Shown: piece after piece, positions 43,902 through 53,380 of the stretch
How the letters are laid out: the number at the start of each line of letters is the position of its first letter
Position numbering within the stretch: position 1 is the first letter of the stretch
Assembly: GCA_050633305.1 (NCBI GenBank)
Contig: JBOEGF010000032.1
Coordinates: 160,001 to 224,000, forward strand
Origin: Nannocystales bacterium
GTDB taxonomy: Bacteria; Myxococcota_A; Polyangia; Nannocystales; Nannocystaceae
Length of the DNA stretch: 64,000 bases
Direction of reading: 5' to 3'
Made by a program: the position numbers and the translations under genes
Notes under the pieces: generated by a model
What the model saw: the letters and a program-made list of their open reading frames with translations, nothing else
What the model was told of the DNA's origin: nothing
Databases searched by the model: none

Positions 43902-44216
43902 ACCGATCCGCCTGGGCATGAACCGAGCACGGATCCGCCGTGCAAACCGCGCAGTCCTCGGTTCGCGCGCCCTGGCCGGCCCTCGAACGTGGGTGAGCCG
44001 CCGGTCTGCGGAGCCGGAGTCCAGGCGCGCGAACAGATCCGCACGGCGCGATGTCGCGAGTTCGGGACCCGTGGCACGGCCGCCCTGGGAAGGTGTGCGC
44101 CGCCGTGGAGGGACGGGCGCTCACCGGCTTCCGTGGAAGATCGTACGACACGGTCTCACCTGAGTGTCACCAGTACGACGGAGGCGCCTGGTCCTGATAC
44201 CCTCGGGGGCGCCTCA

Positions 44217-45554
44217 ATGCCCGCTCACTCGGTCGAACTCCCCCGCGCGCTCAAGCCGCTGCTCGGGACCGTCGTAGCCAAGCGCTATGTCGTGGACGGA
44301 TTCCTCGGCATGGGCGGGATGGCCGTGGTCTTCAGTGGTCGCCACGCGACCCTCGACCGCAAGGTCGCGATCAAGTTCATGCGGCCAGAGTACAGCCTCA
44401 ACGCGGACGTCTCTCGGCGCTTCGATCGCGAGGCACGAGCCGCCTCGAACTTCGACCACCCCAACTGCATCGAGGTCTTCGACTGCGGTGAGACGAACCA
44501 TGGCCTGAAGTTCATCGTCATGCCGTTGCTCGAGGGCGTGGAGCTCGGCTCGGTCCTAGGCCAGCCCTACCCCGCCCCCCAGGTCGTGTGGCTCGGCATC
44601 CAATTGCTCCGTGGCCTGGAACACGCGCACGGGCACGGCGTGGTGCACCGTGACCTCAAGCCCGACAACATCTTCGTCACTTTGGATCACGAGCATCGCG
44701 AGCTGCTCAAGATCGTCGACTTCGGCATTGCGAAGCTGCTGAAGAAGCAGGTCTCCGACGGTTTGCAGACCAAGGTCGGAGCCATCGTCGGCACGCCGGC
44801 GTACATGAGCCCGGAGCAGGCGATGGGGACCGGCATCGACGACCGCGCCGATCTCTACTCCCTCGGCGTCATCCTCTACCACCTGCTCGCAGGCGAGGCG
44901 CCGTTCCGCGCCGCCGACCCTCGAGGCCTGTTGTTCCAGCAAGTCTCGATGGAGGCAAAGCCGCTGCCGAGCGAAGTCCCCGAGCTTGTCACGCGCCTGG
45001 TTACGGCGTTGATGGCCAAAGAGCGGGACGACCGTCCGCCGTCCGCGACCGCCGCCCTTGGGGCCTTCGAACGGGTCTGGCGCCAGCTCCAGGAGGACAA
45101 GACGCCCTGGATTCAGATGGTCGAGGCCCGCAAGTCGGCGCTTCCAGCCACCCCGCTACCGAAGCCGCCGCCGGCCTCCGTCCCTCGGGTGCCCTCACCG
45201 CCTCCGGCCCCTCCGGTCCCCGCCGCCGGCGGAACCCAAATCTACCGGCCGCAGGACGTGCCGACTGCGCCCGAGCCCAGCCCCAAGCCGCCTCGTATGC
45301 AACCGGCGGCGCGTGGCGTACAGCGTCCTCGCGCCTCGCAGACCCCCTCCCCACCTCCTGCAGCCCCGCCCGCTGCAGCGGATCCCAACAAGCTCGACGA
45401 GATGGACGCCGCGCTTCGCAAGTTCCTCGATGGGCAGACGATCACCGCCGAGGACAACCTCCGCAGCGGGATCTTCGACGTTCCCGACGGTGGATGGGGA
45501 GACGAGATTCTGCTCCCGGGGCAGAAGTCCAACGACGATCCCGACGACGCCTGA
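44217..45554 (+). CDS. Ser/Thr protein kinase with Pro-rich tail
   Basis: LGMGGMAVV, VAIK, HRDLKPDN, DFG, GTPAYMSPE. Confidence 0.93.
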   Translation: MPAHSVELPRALKPLLGTVVAKRYVVDGFLGMGGMAVVFSGRHATLDRKVAIKFMRPEYSLNADVSRRFDREARAASNFDHPNCIEVFDCGETNHGLKFIVMPLLEGVELGSVLGQPYPAPQVVWLGIQLLRGLEHAHGHGVVHRDLKPDNIFVTLDHEHRELLKIVDFGIAKLLKKQVSDGLQTKVGAIVGTPAYMSPEQAMGTGIDDRADLYSLGVILYHLLAGEAPFRAADPRGLLFQQVSMEAKPLPSEVPELVTRLVTALMAKERDDRPPSATAALGAFERVWRQLQEDKTPWIQMVEARKSALPATPLPKPPPASVPRVPSPPPAPPVPAAGGTQIYRPQDVPTAPEPSPKPPRMQPAARGVQRPRASQTPSPPPAAPPAAADPNKLDEMDAALRKFLDGQTITAEDNLRSGIFDVPDGGWGDEILLPGQKSNDDPDDA

Positions 45555-45569
45555 ACCGCGGCCCTCGGA

Positions 45570-46568
45570 ATGGGGGCGCCCCGGCGAAGCGTTGCGGCTT
45601 CGATGGGTTGGGCAAGTCTACTCCTGGTGATCACAGCGCTGGCCGGCACGGCTTCGGAGATACCTCCGGGGCTGGGCGAGGTCGCGCGCTTGGCCTCGGA
45701 TCCCGCGCCGGACAAGCTGACCAACGACACCCACTACCTGGTCTCGAACGAGCGCCGCCTCGACCTGCTTCAGGACGACATCGCCGGGAACGGTGGGGTC
45801 TACGTCGGGGTCGGAGCCGCGCAGAACTACCTCCTCGCGGGCTGGGCTGAGCCCTCGTTCACGGTGCTGGTCGACTTCGATCAAGACGTGGTCGACCTGC
45901 ATCGGCTTCACATCGCCTTCCTCGCGCATGCGGGCGACGGCACCGAGTTCGAGGCGCTGTGGGGCGAAGACGCCGAACCGGTCGTAGCTCGCCTGCTCGC
46001 TGTCGCTGCGCCGAACGTGACCGCACGAGTGCGGCTCCAAGGGTTGTACGAGCGTGCGCGGGCCGAGGTCGCAACCTCCCTCGCCAAGACCCGGACACGC
46101 TTCGATGAACTCGGCGTTCGCAGCATCCTCAACGACGACACCCAGTACAACCATGTCGCGGCGCTCGCACGGACGGGGCGCGTCATCGCCAAGCGCGGCG
46201 ACTTCACCGAGGCAGGCGTGATCGCCCAACTCGGGCAAGTCCTCGAGCAAGCGAACGCCCGCGTTGGGGTGCTCTACCTCAGCAACATCGAGCAGTACTT
46301 CATGTACGGCCGTGGCTTCCGCGACAACGTCGATGGACTCCCCATGGATGCCCAGACCACCGTGCTTCGAACCCTGCCCGCCAAGCCGGCGGGGTTCGAG
46401 TACATCACCCAGCGCGGCGACCACATGCAGGCCTGGGTCCAGCGGAAGAACGTCCGCTCGGTCTACCGCATCCGGGGAATGAAGCCCGGCTTGGAGCGAC
46501 CCGCGAGTACACGTATCGAGGCAGGCGCCCCCCCGCTGCGCCCATTGCGCGTGCGTGAACCCAAATAA
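45570..46568 (+). CDS. Exported conserved hypothetical protein (possible Rossmann methyltransferase-like fold)
   Basis: Signal peptide; SNE, YVGVGAAQNY, LVDFD, GDF, LYLSNIEQY. Confidence 0.65.
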   Translation: MGAPRRSVAASMGWASLLLVITALAGTASEIPPGLGEVARLASDPAPDKLTNDTHYLVSNERRLDLLQDDIAGNGGVYVGVGAAQNYLLAGWAEPSFTVLVDFDQDVVDLHRLHIAFLAHAGDGTEFEALWGEDAEPVVARLLAVAAPNVTARVRLQGLYERARAEVATSLAKTRTRFDELGVRSILNDDTQYNHVAALARTGRVIAKRGDFTEAGVIAQLGQVLEQANARVGVLYLSNIEQYFMYGRGFRDNVDGLPMDAQTTVLRTLPAKPAGFEYITQRGDHMQAWVQRKNVRSVYRIRGMKPGLERPASTRIEAGAPPLRPLRVREPK

Positions 46569-46623
46569 AAGGTTGATGAACCGTAAATAGGAGTCACGAT
46601 GGGATCGAAGGAAATCGAACCCC

Positions 46624-47421
46624 GTGAAGACCCACCTCGTCATCATCGACCCACAGAACGACTTCTGCGACCCCTCGGGGGCGCTCTTCGTGCCCGGTGC
46701 AGAGCGCGACATCGATGCTCTCGCAGCCTTGCTCGACCGTATCGGCGACCAACTCGAGGACGTCCACGTCACCCTCGACTCGCACCGCAAGGTCGATATC
46801 AGCCATCCCATGTGGTGGAGAAGCGCCGCGGGGCAACGGCCAGACCCGTTCACGCGCATTACCGCTGACGACCTCAAGCAAGGCCGTTGGACAACCGCCC
46901 GCCCCACGTTGCACGACCGCTCGCTCGCCTACCTCGAGGCACTCGAGACCCTCGGTCGGTACCCACACACGATCTGGCCCTACCACTGCCTGATCGGAGA
47001 CGAGGGGCACTGCATCGCGCCCAAGCTCGCCTCGGCCCTTCACGCGTGGGAGGACCGGTTCGCCGTCGTCGACGTCATCACCAAGGGCAGCAACCCCTGG
47101 ACCGAGCACTTCTCCGGCGTGCAGGCGGAGGTGCCCGACCCACAAGACCCCGGCACCCAACTCAACAGTGGGTTCGTCTCCACGCTCCAGGATGCGGACG
47201 TCATTCTCATGGCCGGAGAGGCCCTCTCGCACTGCCTGGCCAACACCGTGCGGGACATCGCGCAACAGTTTGGCGCACCGGAGCTCATCCAGAAAATCCA
47301 CCTTCTCACCGACGCCTCGAGTCCGGTGCCAGGGTTCGAGGCGGAGGCCGACGCCTTCGTTCGCGACCTGTCCGCCCAGGGCATGAAGCTGATCACCACG
47401 CAAGACGCCCTCGCGGCCTGA
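46624..47421 (+). CDS. Nicotinamidase-like cysteine hydrolase (isochorismatase family, long form)
   Basis: IIDPQNDFC (Asp), LDSH and WPYHC (metal ligands), TKG (Lys), GEALSHC (Cys). Confidence 0.88.
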   Translation: MKTHLVIIDPQNDFCDPSGALFVPGAERDIDALAALLDRIGDQLEDVHVTLDSHRKVDISHPMWWRSAAGQRPDPFTRITADDLKQGRWTTARPTLHDRSLAYLEALETLGRYPHTIWPYHCLIGDEGHCIAPKLASALHAWEDRFAVVDVITKGSNPWTEHFSGVQAEVPDPQDPGTQLNSGFVSTLQDADVILMAGEALSHCLANTVRDIAQQFGAPELIQKIHLLTDASSPVPGFEAEADAFVRDLSAQGMKLITTQDALAA

Positions 47422-47433
47422 AAGGACAAGACC

Positions 47434-48189
47434 ATGCCCCGATTCGACAACCCCGCCATGGACAACCCCGCCATGGACAACCACCCCATGCCCGGCTCCA
47501 CGTATGCGTTCTCCGCGGCTCGTCCAACCGACCTGGGCGCGAGCGAGTACACCCTCGTCGCCCTCGCCGCCGACAGCAGCAGCAGTGTCGGAGGGTTTGC
47601 CAAGGACATCGAGCAGTGCGTCGCAGAGGTCGTGCGGTCCTGCGGTCGCTCACCACGCTCGGACAATCTGATGCTCCGATTCACCACGTTCAACCATCAG
47701 GTCCGCGAAGTCCACGGCTACCGACCGCTGGTGGCGTGCTCCCCCTCCGACTACAAGGGCTCAATTCGCGCGCAAGGAAGCACCGCATTGTGCGACGCGG
47801 CCTACACCGCCGTCGCTTCGCTGTGCACGTATGGCGCGCAGCTCGAAGGACACGACTTCGACGTCAACGGCATCATCTTCGTGGTCACGGACGGCTGCGA
47901 GAACGCGAGCCGCTCCACGCCGAAAGAGGTCCGCAAGGCCATCGAAAGCGCGCGCAAGCTCGCCCATCTCTCGTCGCTGACGACGGTGCTCGTCGGCGTC
48001 GGCGTGAAGGATCACGGGCTGGGGCAGATGTTGGACGACTTCCGGAAGCAGGCCGGCTTCGATCGGTACGTCGAACTCGATAAGGCAGACGCCTCCTCCT
48101 TGGCCGCGCTTGCGGATTTCGTATCGAAGAGCATCGCCGTCCAATCCCAGGCACTCGCCACCGGGGCCCAGCCCGCCATCGGATTCTGA
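47434..48189 (+). CDS. vWA (TerY/YegL-like) protein
   Basis: MIDAS D-S-S-S-S, GSTALCDA, FVVTDGCEN; AAAGGA RBS. Confidence 0.88.
   Translation: MPRFDNPAMDNPAMDNHPMPGSTYAFSAARPTDLGASEYTLVALAADSSSSVGGFAKDIEQCVAEVVRSCGRSPRSDNLMLRFTTFNHQVREVHGYRPLVACSPSDYKGSIRAQGSTALCDAAYTAVASLCTYGAQLEGHDFDVNGIIFVVTDGCENASRSTPKEVRKAIESARKLAHLSSLTTVLVGVGVKDHGLGQMLDDFRKQAGFDRYVELDKADASSLAALADFVSKSIAVQSQALATGAQPAIGF
47446..47490 (+). repeat. 15-bp tandem repeat x3 (DNPAM DNPAM DNHPM)
   Basis: gacaaccccgccatg twice, then gacaaccaccccatg. Confidence 0.9.
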
Positions 48190-48191
48190 GC

Positions 48192-48947
48192 ATGCTGCAC
48201 ATCGACGCGCACTTCGCCCGTGGCTATACGCATCCGGTCTGCCAAGACTACGCGGTCGCGGGTGCCCGCATCGCCGTGCTCTGCGACGGATGCTCGGGCG
48301 CCCCGGACTCGGACGTCGGCGCCCGGCTGCTCGCACACGCGGCCCTGAACACCCCGCCCGGAGGTCTCCACGACAGGGCGTGGCTGGAGCGTAGTGAGTC
48401 CGCGCGTAGCGTCCTGGGTCTGGGTATGACCGCCCTCGACGCGACCTGCATCGTGGCAGAAGCGGACGACGATGCGATCACCGTGACGATGTTCGGCGAC
48501 GGTGTCGTCGCGGCCCGGCGCTGCGATGGATCCCTCGCGGTCATCGAAGTCTCGTACCCGCGCAGCGCCCCGCCCTACCCGAGCTACGCACTGTGCCCGC
48601 AGCGGAAGCAAGCCTACGATGACGAGGGACTCGGAGTCCCGACGCTGCACACGACCGGTTGCGCCCCCTCGACCGTCCCGGGGGGTCCCGGGCTGTCGTG
48701 GGTCTTTCCGCGTGCGCAGTGGCGTTCCGTGCTTGTCGGCAGTGATGGGCTCGGAGCCTTCCGACAGTCGGACCAAACCATCGTCCCCGCGCCCGATGTT
48801 GTCTCCGCGCTGTTCCGCTACCCCAGCCCCCGCGGCGCGTTCGTCACCCGCCGCCTACGCAAGTTCCTCGCCAAGGAAGCCCCGACTCTGGGACTTCAAC
48901 CCGAGGATGACGTCGCAGTCGCAGCACTGTGTTGGGAGAACCCATGA
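48192..48947 (+). CDS. PP2C-family phosphatase (YegK/PphC-like)
   Basis: HPVCQD, LCDGCSG, GARL, FGDG, GSDGL, EDDV. Confidence 0.9.
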   Translation: MLHIDAHFARGYTHPVCQDYAVAGARIAVLCDGCSGAPDSDVGARLLAHAALNTPPGGLHDRAWLERSESARSVLGLGMTALDATCIVAEADDDAITVTMFGDGVVAARRCDGSLAVIEVSYPRSAPPYPSYALCPQRKQAYDDEGLGVPTLHTTGCAPSTVPGGPGLSWVFPRAQWRSVLVGSDGLGAFRQSDQTIVPAPDVVSALFRYPSPRGAFVTRRLRKFLAKEAPTLGLQPEDDVAVAALCWENP

Positions 48948-50638
48948 GCGAGCGTGTGCACGTCAACGGCAAATCGATCGAACTCCGGCCCGAGCATTTC
49001 GTGGCAGCCGGGGGTCAGGGTCGCGTGTTTGCGCTGGGGGACGTGGCGTTCAAGCTCTTCTCCGACCCCGCCGCGGCGCTGCCCCCAGACAAGCTTCGCG
49101 CCCTAAACGCGCTCAAGGGCCCGCACGTTGCGGCTCCGGTGCACACCATCACAGACGGACGCGGCTCGAGCGTTGGCTACACCATGCCGTTCTTCCGCGG
49201 CGCGCACTCGTGGGCACAGCTGTGCACCCCCGTGTATCGCCGTCGCGTCGGGCTCGACGACAGGGCCGCCATGGGACTCGTGCGCTCGCTGGGTGCCGCC
49301 CTCGCCCAGATTCATCGGCAAGGCGCGACGGTCGTCGACTTGAGCGAGAACAACGTGTTGGTCCGCGACACCGCGGTCTGTCTCATCGACCTCGACAGTT
49401 GGCAGACCCGGGACCACCCAGCCACGGCGGTCACGCCAGCGATCCTCAGCCCGCATGCCCCCCCGGGACACTTCGACACCAACACCGACTGGTTCTCGTT
49501 CGCGGTCCTCGCTTGCACGCTCCTGTTGGGTATCCACCCCTTCAAAGGCAAACACCCGAACGTTCGGGGGATCGCTGCGCGCATGCAGGCCGGCCTGAGC
49601 GTATTCGATGCCAGCGTCCGCACCCCTTCGGTCTGCAAGCGACCCGAAACTCTGCCCGCCACACTCCGGGCGTGGTTGGAGTTGGCTCTTCACCGCGGCG
49701 GGTCTGCCCCGCCACCCCTGGGCCCTCTACCCAGCCCCGCCGACGTGAGCGGAAGTCGTCCCACGGATGCGGTTCGCTACCCGGCCCCGATTCGATGGGT
49801 CGTGGTGGGACCGCAGCGCGTGCATGTGGCCACGAGCACCGCGGCGTTCGACGATTCCCAGTGCTGGCATGATGATGGCCAAGTCCTCCGCGCACTCGGG
49901 CGCGCTCGCACGGGTCAGCCGTTTGTCCTGCAGTGCTCGTCCGACGGTGGCACCGAGCTACGGATGCAGGGCTGCGATGCTCGGGTTCCGCTGACCGCGG
50001 CCTACGACGAGATCCTCAGCCACCGAGGACGCGTTTTTGCCCGGGTCGGAGGGCGGCTGGTCGAGCTCGAGGCCCAACGGATCGGCGACCGCCCAATCCT
50101 GCTCACCCGTGAGGTAGCGCGGGTCCTGCCCTTGGCGACCCGACTCTTTCCCGGCGTGGCTGTGCAAAACGCGCTCGGGTCATGGCGCGCCTCGTTGCTG
50201 GGCCACCCCTCAGGGGCGCCCCAGGTTCCGCTCCCCGCGCTGGACGCCTGCGAGGTTCTTGACGCTCGCCGGGCAGGAACGCGCCTCATGGTGTTGTGCC
50301 AGCGCGAAGGGGTCGTTTCGCGCCATTCGTTCGTCCTATCGCCCGACGGCGCCGTCTCAGAACACGCGGTGCAGCGCAATGCAGACCCCTGGGACACCAC
50401 GTTCGTCGCAATCGGAGATCTGTACGTAGAAGTAGGTGAAACCGGCCTGGTTCAACGTTCCGGCGACCAGGTCCAGCCCTGGCAGGCCCCGGGTGGCAAC
50501 CGACAAGATCTCGACCTCCATTCAGATGGTCAGCGGGTCTTCGCGTCCTCGGGTCGCGACCTGCAGGAGCTACGAGCGCCGCCGCCACAGGTGTATGGCT
50601 CGCAGACCCTCGGATTTGACGCCACGCGTTGCCGGTGA
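48944..50638 (+). CDS. YegI-like atypical Ser/Thr kinase with beta-rich C-terminal region
   Basis: AGGQGRV, AFK, VVDLSENNVLV, LIDLDSW, TDWFSFAV, GIHPFKG; ATGA overlap with the PP2C gene. Confidence 0.88.
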   Translation: MSERVHVNGKSIELRPEHFVAAGGQGRVFALGDVAFKLFSDPAAALPPDKLRALNALKGPHVAAPVHTITDGRGSSVGYTMPFFRGAHSWAQLCTPVYRRRVGLDDRAAMGLVRSLGAALAQIHRQGATVVDLSENNVLVRDTAVCLIDLDSWQTRDHPATAVTPAILSPHAPPGHFDTNTDWFSFAVLACTLLLGIHPFKGKHPNVRGIAARMQAGLSVFDASVRTPSVCKRPETLPATLRAWLELALHRGGSAPPPLGPLPSPADVSGSRPTDAVRYPAPIRWVVVGPQRVHVATSTAAFDDSQCWHDDGQVLRALGRARTGQPFVLQCSSDGGTELRMQGCDARVPLTAAYDEILSHRGRVFARVGGRLVELEAQRIGDRPILLTREVARVLPLATRLFPGVAVQNALGSWRASLLGHPSGAPQVPLPALDACEVLDARRAGTRLMVLCQREGVVSRHSFVLSPDGAVSEHAVQRNADPWDTTFVAIGDLYVEVGETGLVQRSGDQVQPWQAPGGNRQDLDLHSDGQRVFASSGRDLQELRAPPPQVYGSQTLGFDATRCR

Positions 50639-50668
50639 CGGACCCGGCGCGATAGCATCGCGCTGCCT

Positions 50669-53353
50669 GTGAACCCCGATGCCCACCCGCTGTCTGCGAG
50701 CTTGCGCGGCGGCGAAACCGGAGCGAGCTACGAGATTCTCGGCAAGCTCGCCACCGGCGGTATGGCGGAGCTGTTCTTGGCGCGTGCCCCCACGCCCAAC
50801 GGCCGCCCCGGTCCCGTCGTCGTCCTCAAGCGCATCCTCCCGCACCTCGCAGAAGATCCTGAGTTTGTCCGGATGTTTCGCGACGAGGCATACCTCGCCG
50901 CGACGCTGAAGCACCCGAACATCGCGCAGGTCTTCGACATCGGCCGAGAAGGAGAGGACTACTTCTTCACAATGGAGTACGTGCACGGAGAGAACCTCCG
51001 GGCGATCCTCCGTGCGGCGCAGAAGCGGGGCGAGAGCATCCCGCTCACCCACATCCTCACCGTCGCGATGGGGCTCACCGCCTCGCTGCACCACGCGCAC
51101 GAGCAGACGGACGACCAAGGGCGTCCGCTTCATATCGTGCACCGGGACGTGTCCCCGACGAACGTCTTGGTCGCCTACGACGGCTCCCTCAAGATCGTCG
51201 ACTTCGGCATCGCCAAAGCGGCCGCGGGTACCCACGTCACCCAAGCCGGCATGCTCAAGGGCAAGGCGTCATACATGTCGCCCGAGCAGTGCCGGGCCAG
51301 CAAGGTCGATCGGCGAAGCGACGTCTTTGCGATCGGCATTCTTCTGTACGAGATGACCACGCTCACCCGCCTGTTCAAGGGGGACAACGAGCTCGCCATC
51401 CTTCATCAGGTTCTCTCAGGTGCCGTCGACGCACCTTCGAGCCGCCGCCCGGGCTATCCGCCAGAACTCGAGCGCATCGTCCTCAAGGCGCTCGCACCCG
51501 AACCGGATCATCGATACGCCACGGCGCACGATCTCCAGGCCGACCTGGCCCGTTTCGGCCAGCAAAACGGCCTAAGGCCGTCGACCCCCGCACTCGGTCA
51601 GTTCCTACGCGGCCTGTTCGGAAACAAGCCCCTGCCCTGGCAGGACGCGCCGACCGCCCCTGCCCCAGAGGTCAACCTGGTGGCCTCCCCTGCCATCCCC
51701 GCGGCCCCGGGCTCCCACGCCGACGACGGCGACCTCACCGTCACCCGCGACGTCAATGCCCCAGCGCCCGCGCAGGCGCCTCCCTCCCCCCGGCCTTCAG
51801 CCCAGCCCTCAGCCCCCGCACCGGCCGCCGCGCGACCTGCTCGGGGACCCGCCTCGCGGAGCCCTGCGGCCAAGCCCTGGCGGCCCGGTGGAAACCGGCG
51901 GCCTCCCGCGCCTCCCGCCGGTGCCCCGCAACCTCGGGTGACCCCAGCACGTGGGCGTCCGGCCGCGCCACCGCCGAATCCCCACGCTGCAGCCCCCCAA
52001 CCCGGCGCCATTCCGAATACCGCCAAACAGGCTCGTCTGGGCGAGGCGCCCTCGCACGCTCCAAGTCGTCCCACGGCTCCCCGCACGCCGAGCGTCGCGA
52101 AGCCGCCATCACCCCGTCCTCCGGTACCGCGCCCCGCCTCGGCGCGAGCTCCCTCCGTGCCTGCAGCCAAGGCCCCGGCTCCCGCACCTGTGCCGCGACC
52201 GGTTCCGCGACCGGCAGCACGACCCGCCGGAGCCCGCCCGCCCGCGCCGGCCCGCCCGCCGGCCTCCGCAGCCTCGTACGCCCCGCCCCCGCCGGACTAC
52301 GACATCGACCCCGAAGAGAGCAAGACGGCGATCGCAGGGGACGCCTACGACCCCATGCTGGAGGCGAAGACACGCGTCAGCGGCCACTCCGCGGACGATG
52401 TCAAAGCGTTCCTTGCCGCCGCCGCTCCAGCGAACCTGGCGTCCACCGAGTCGGCGAGCCAAACGCTCGCCGCCAAGACGCAGGTCGCACCAACCTCAGC
52501 CGAGGCCGTCCGTGCATTCATCGCCGCCGGGCCACCTGCTGACCTCGTAGGCGACCGGCCCGATCCGCTCGTCGCCAAGACCCAGCTCGCTCCCGCCACC
52601 GCGGCCGAACTTGCGGCGCTTGCCGCCGCCGCCAAGAAAGCGGAACAGCGCGACCTGTTCAGCACTCCCGCAGCGCCCACTCGCCCCGGCGGGAAGCTGC
52701 CTCCGCAGCCGCAGCCCTCATCGGTCACGATCCCCGCCTCCGGGCCCAGCAAACAGCCGCGCCGACCCAGCGTCCCTGCGCCCGCAGACCTCCCTCCCCC
52801 CGGAGGGAGCCACGCGGCCCCCCGGGCCCCCGCTCCGAGCCCAGCCCCGCAAGACCTCCCGCCTCCCGGTGGCCAGGCCGCGCAGGCAAACCGCCGCGAC
52901 ACGATCATGAATGCGCCGGTGCAACCTGCTGCACTCGGCGGTCCGGTCCGCACCCTCGCCCCCGGCGCCCCTGCGCGAGCCGGGTACGCCGCCGAAGCAG
53001 ACCTCGACGACGCCGCGACCATGCGGATGAACGTCAACGACGCGATCGCGGGTGCGGCCCCGTCCCCCGCCCCGAGCCCTGCAACCCATCAGGCGCCCGA
53101 GCCTGCTGTCCTTGCGACCCAGCCGCAGCAACGCTCTCCGCTGGGTCCCCCGATGGCGCCCATCCAGCAGTGGCAAGGCGCCACGCCTCAGGGTGTCCCG
53201 TCCGGTCATACCGTCCCGATGCCGATGGTCGACCTGGACGACGAGCCTCTGGTTGTTCCCGGGCGCAACGCGAAGCTGATCGCCATGGTCGTTACGGTCA
53301 TCGTCGGACTCGCCGTGGGCGCGGCCGTGGTCGGGTTCTTCCTGCTCGACTAG
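50669..53353 (+). CDS. Ser/Thr protein kinase with long Pro/Ala linker and C-terminal TM
   Basis: LATGGMAELF, VLK, HRDVSPTN, DFG, KGKASYMSPE. Confidence 0.93.
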   Translation: MNPDAHPLSASLRGGETGASYEILGKLATGGMAELFLARAPTPNGRPGPVVVLKRILPHLAEDPEFVRMFRDEAYLAATLKHPNIAQVFDIGREGEDYFFTMEYVHGENLRAILRAAQKRGESIPLTHILTVAMGLTASLHHAHEQTDDQGRPLHIVHRDVSPTNVLVAYDGSLKIVDFGIAKAAAGTHVTQAGMLKGKASYMSPEQCRASKVDRRSDVFAIGILLYEMTTLTRLFKGDNELAILHQVLSGAVDAPSSRRPGYPPELERIVLKALAPEPDHRYATAHDLQADLARFGQQNGLRPSTPALGQFLRGLFGNKPLPWQDAPTAPAPEVNLVASPAIPAAPGSHADDGDLTVTRDVNAPAPAQAPPSPRPSAQPSAPAPAAARPARGPASRSPAAKPWRPGGNRRPPAPPAGAPQPRVTPARGRPAAPPPNPHAAAPQPGAIPNTAKQARLGEAPSHAPSRPTAPRTPSVAKPPSPRPPVPRPASARAPSVPAAKAPAPAPVPRPVPRPAARPAGARPPAPARPPASAASYAPPPPDYDIDPEESKTAIAGDAYDPMLEAKTRVSGHSADDVKAFLAAAAPANLASTESASQTLAAKTQVAPTSAEAVRAFIAAGPPADLVGDRPDPLVAKTQLAPATAAELAALAAAAKKAEQRDLFSTPAAPTRPGGKLPPQPQPSSVTIPASGPSKQPRRPSVPAPADLPPPGGSHAAPRAPAPSPAPQDLPPPGGQAAQANRRDTIMNAPVQPAALGGPVRTLAPGAPARAGYAAEADLDDAATMRMNVNDAIAGAAPSPAPSPATHQAPEPAVLATQPQQRSPLGPPMAPIQQWQGATPQGVPSGHTVPMPMVDLDDEPLVVPGRNAKLIAMVVTVIVGLAVGAAVVGFFLLD

Positions 53354-53380
53354 CGAGCGCGAGCCCGGCACGCTCCATCT

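Noticed and set aside
46569..46623. Possible NrtR operator upstream of the nicotinamidase-like gene
   Set aside because: AT-rich with GGTT-gatg-AACC, but the spacing is GT-N6-AC rather than the GT-N7-AC I expect, and the arms are only 4 bp. Probably a promoter region, with no regulator assignable.
51640..53250. Repetitive C-rich DNA
   Set aside because: Explained by the Pro/Ala-rich kinase linker; only loose peptide repeats (AKT...SA..V.AF.AA; DLPPPGG).
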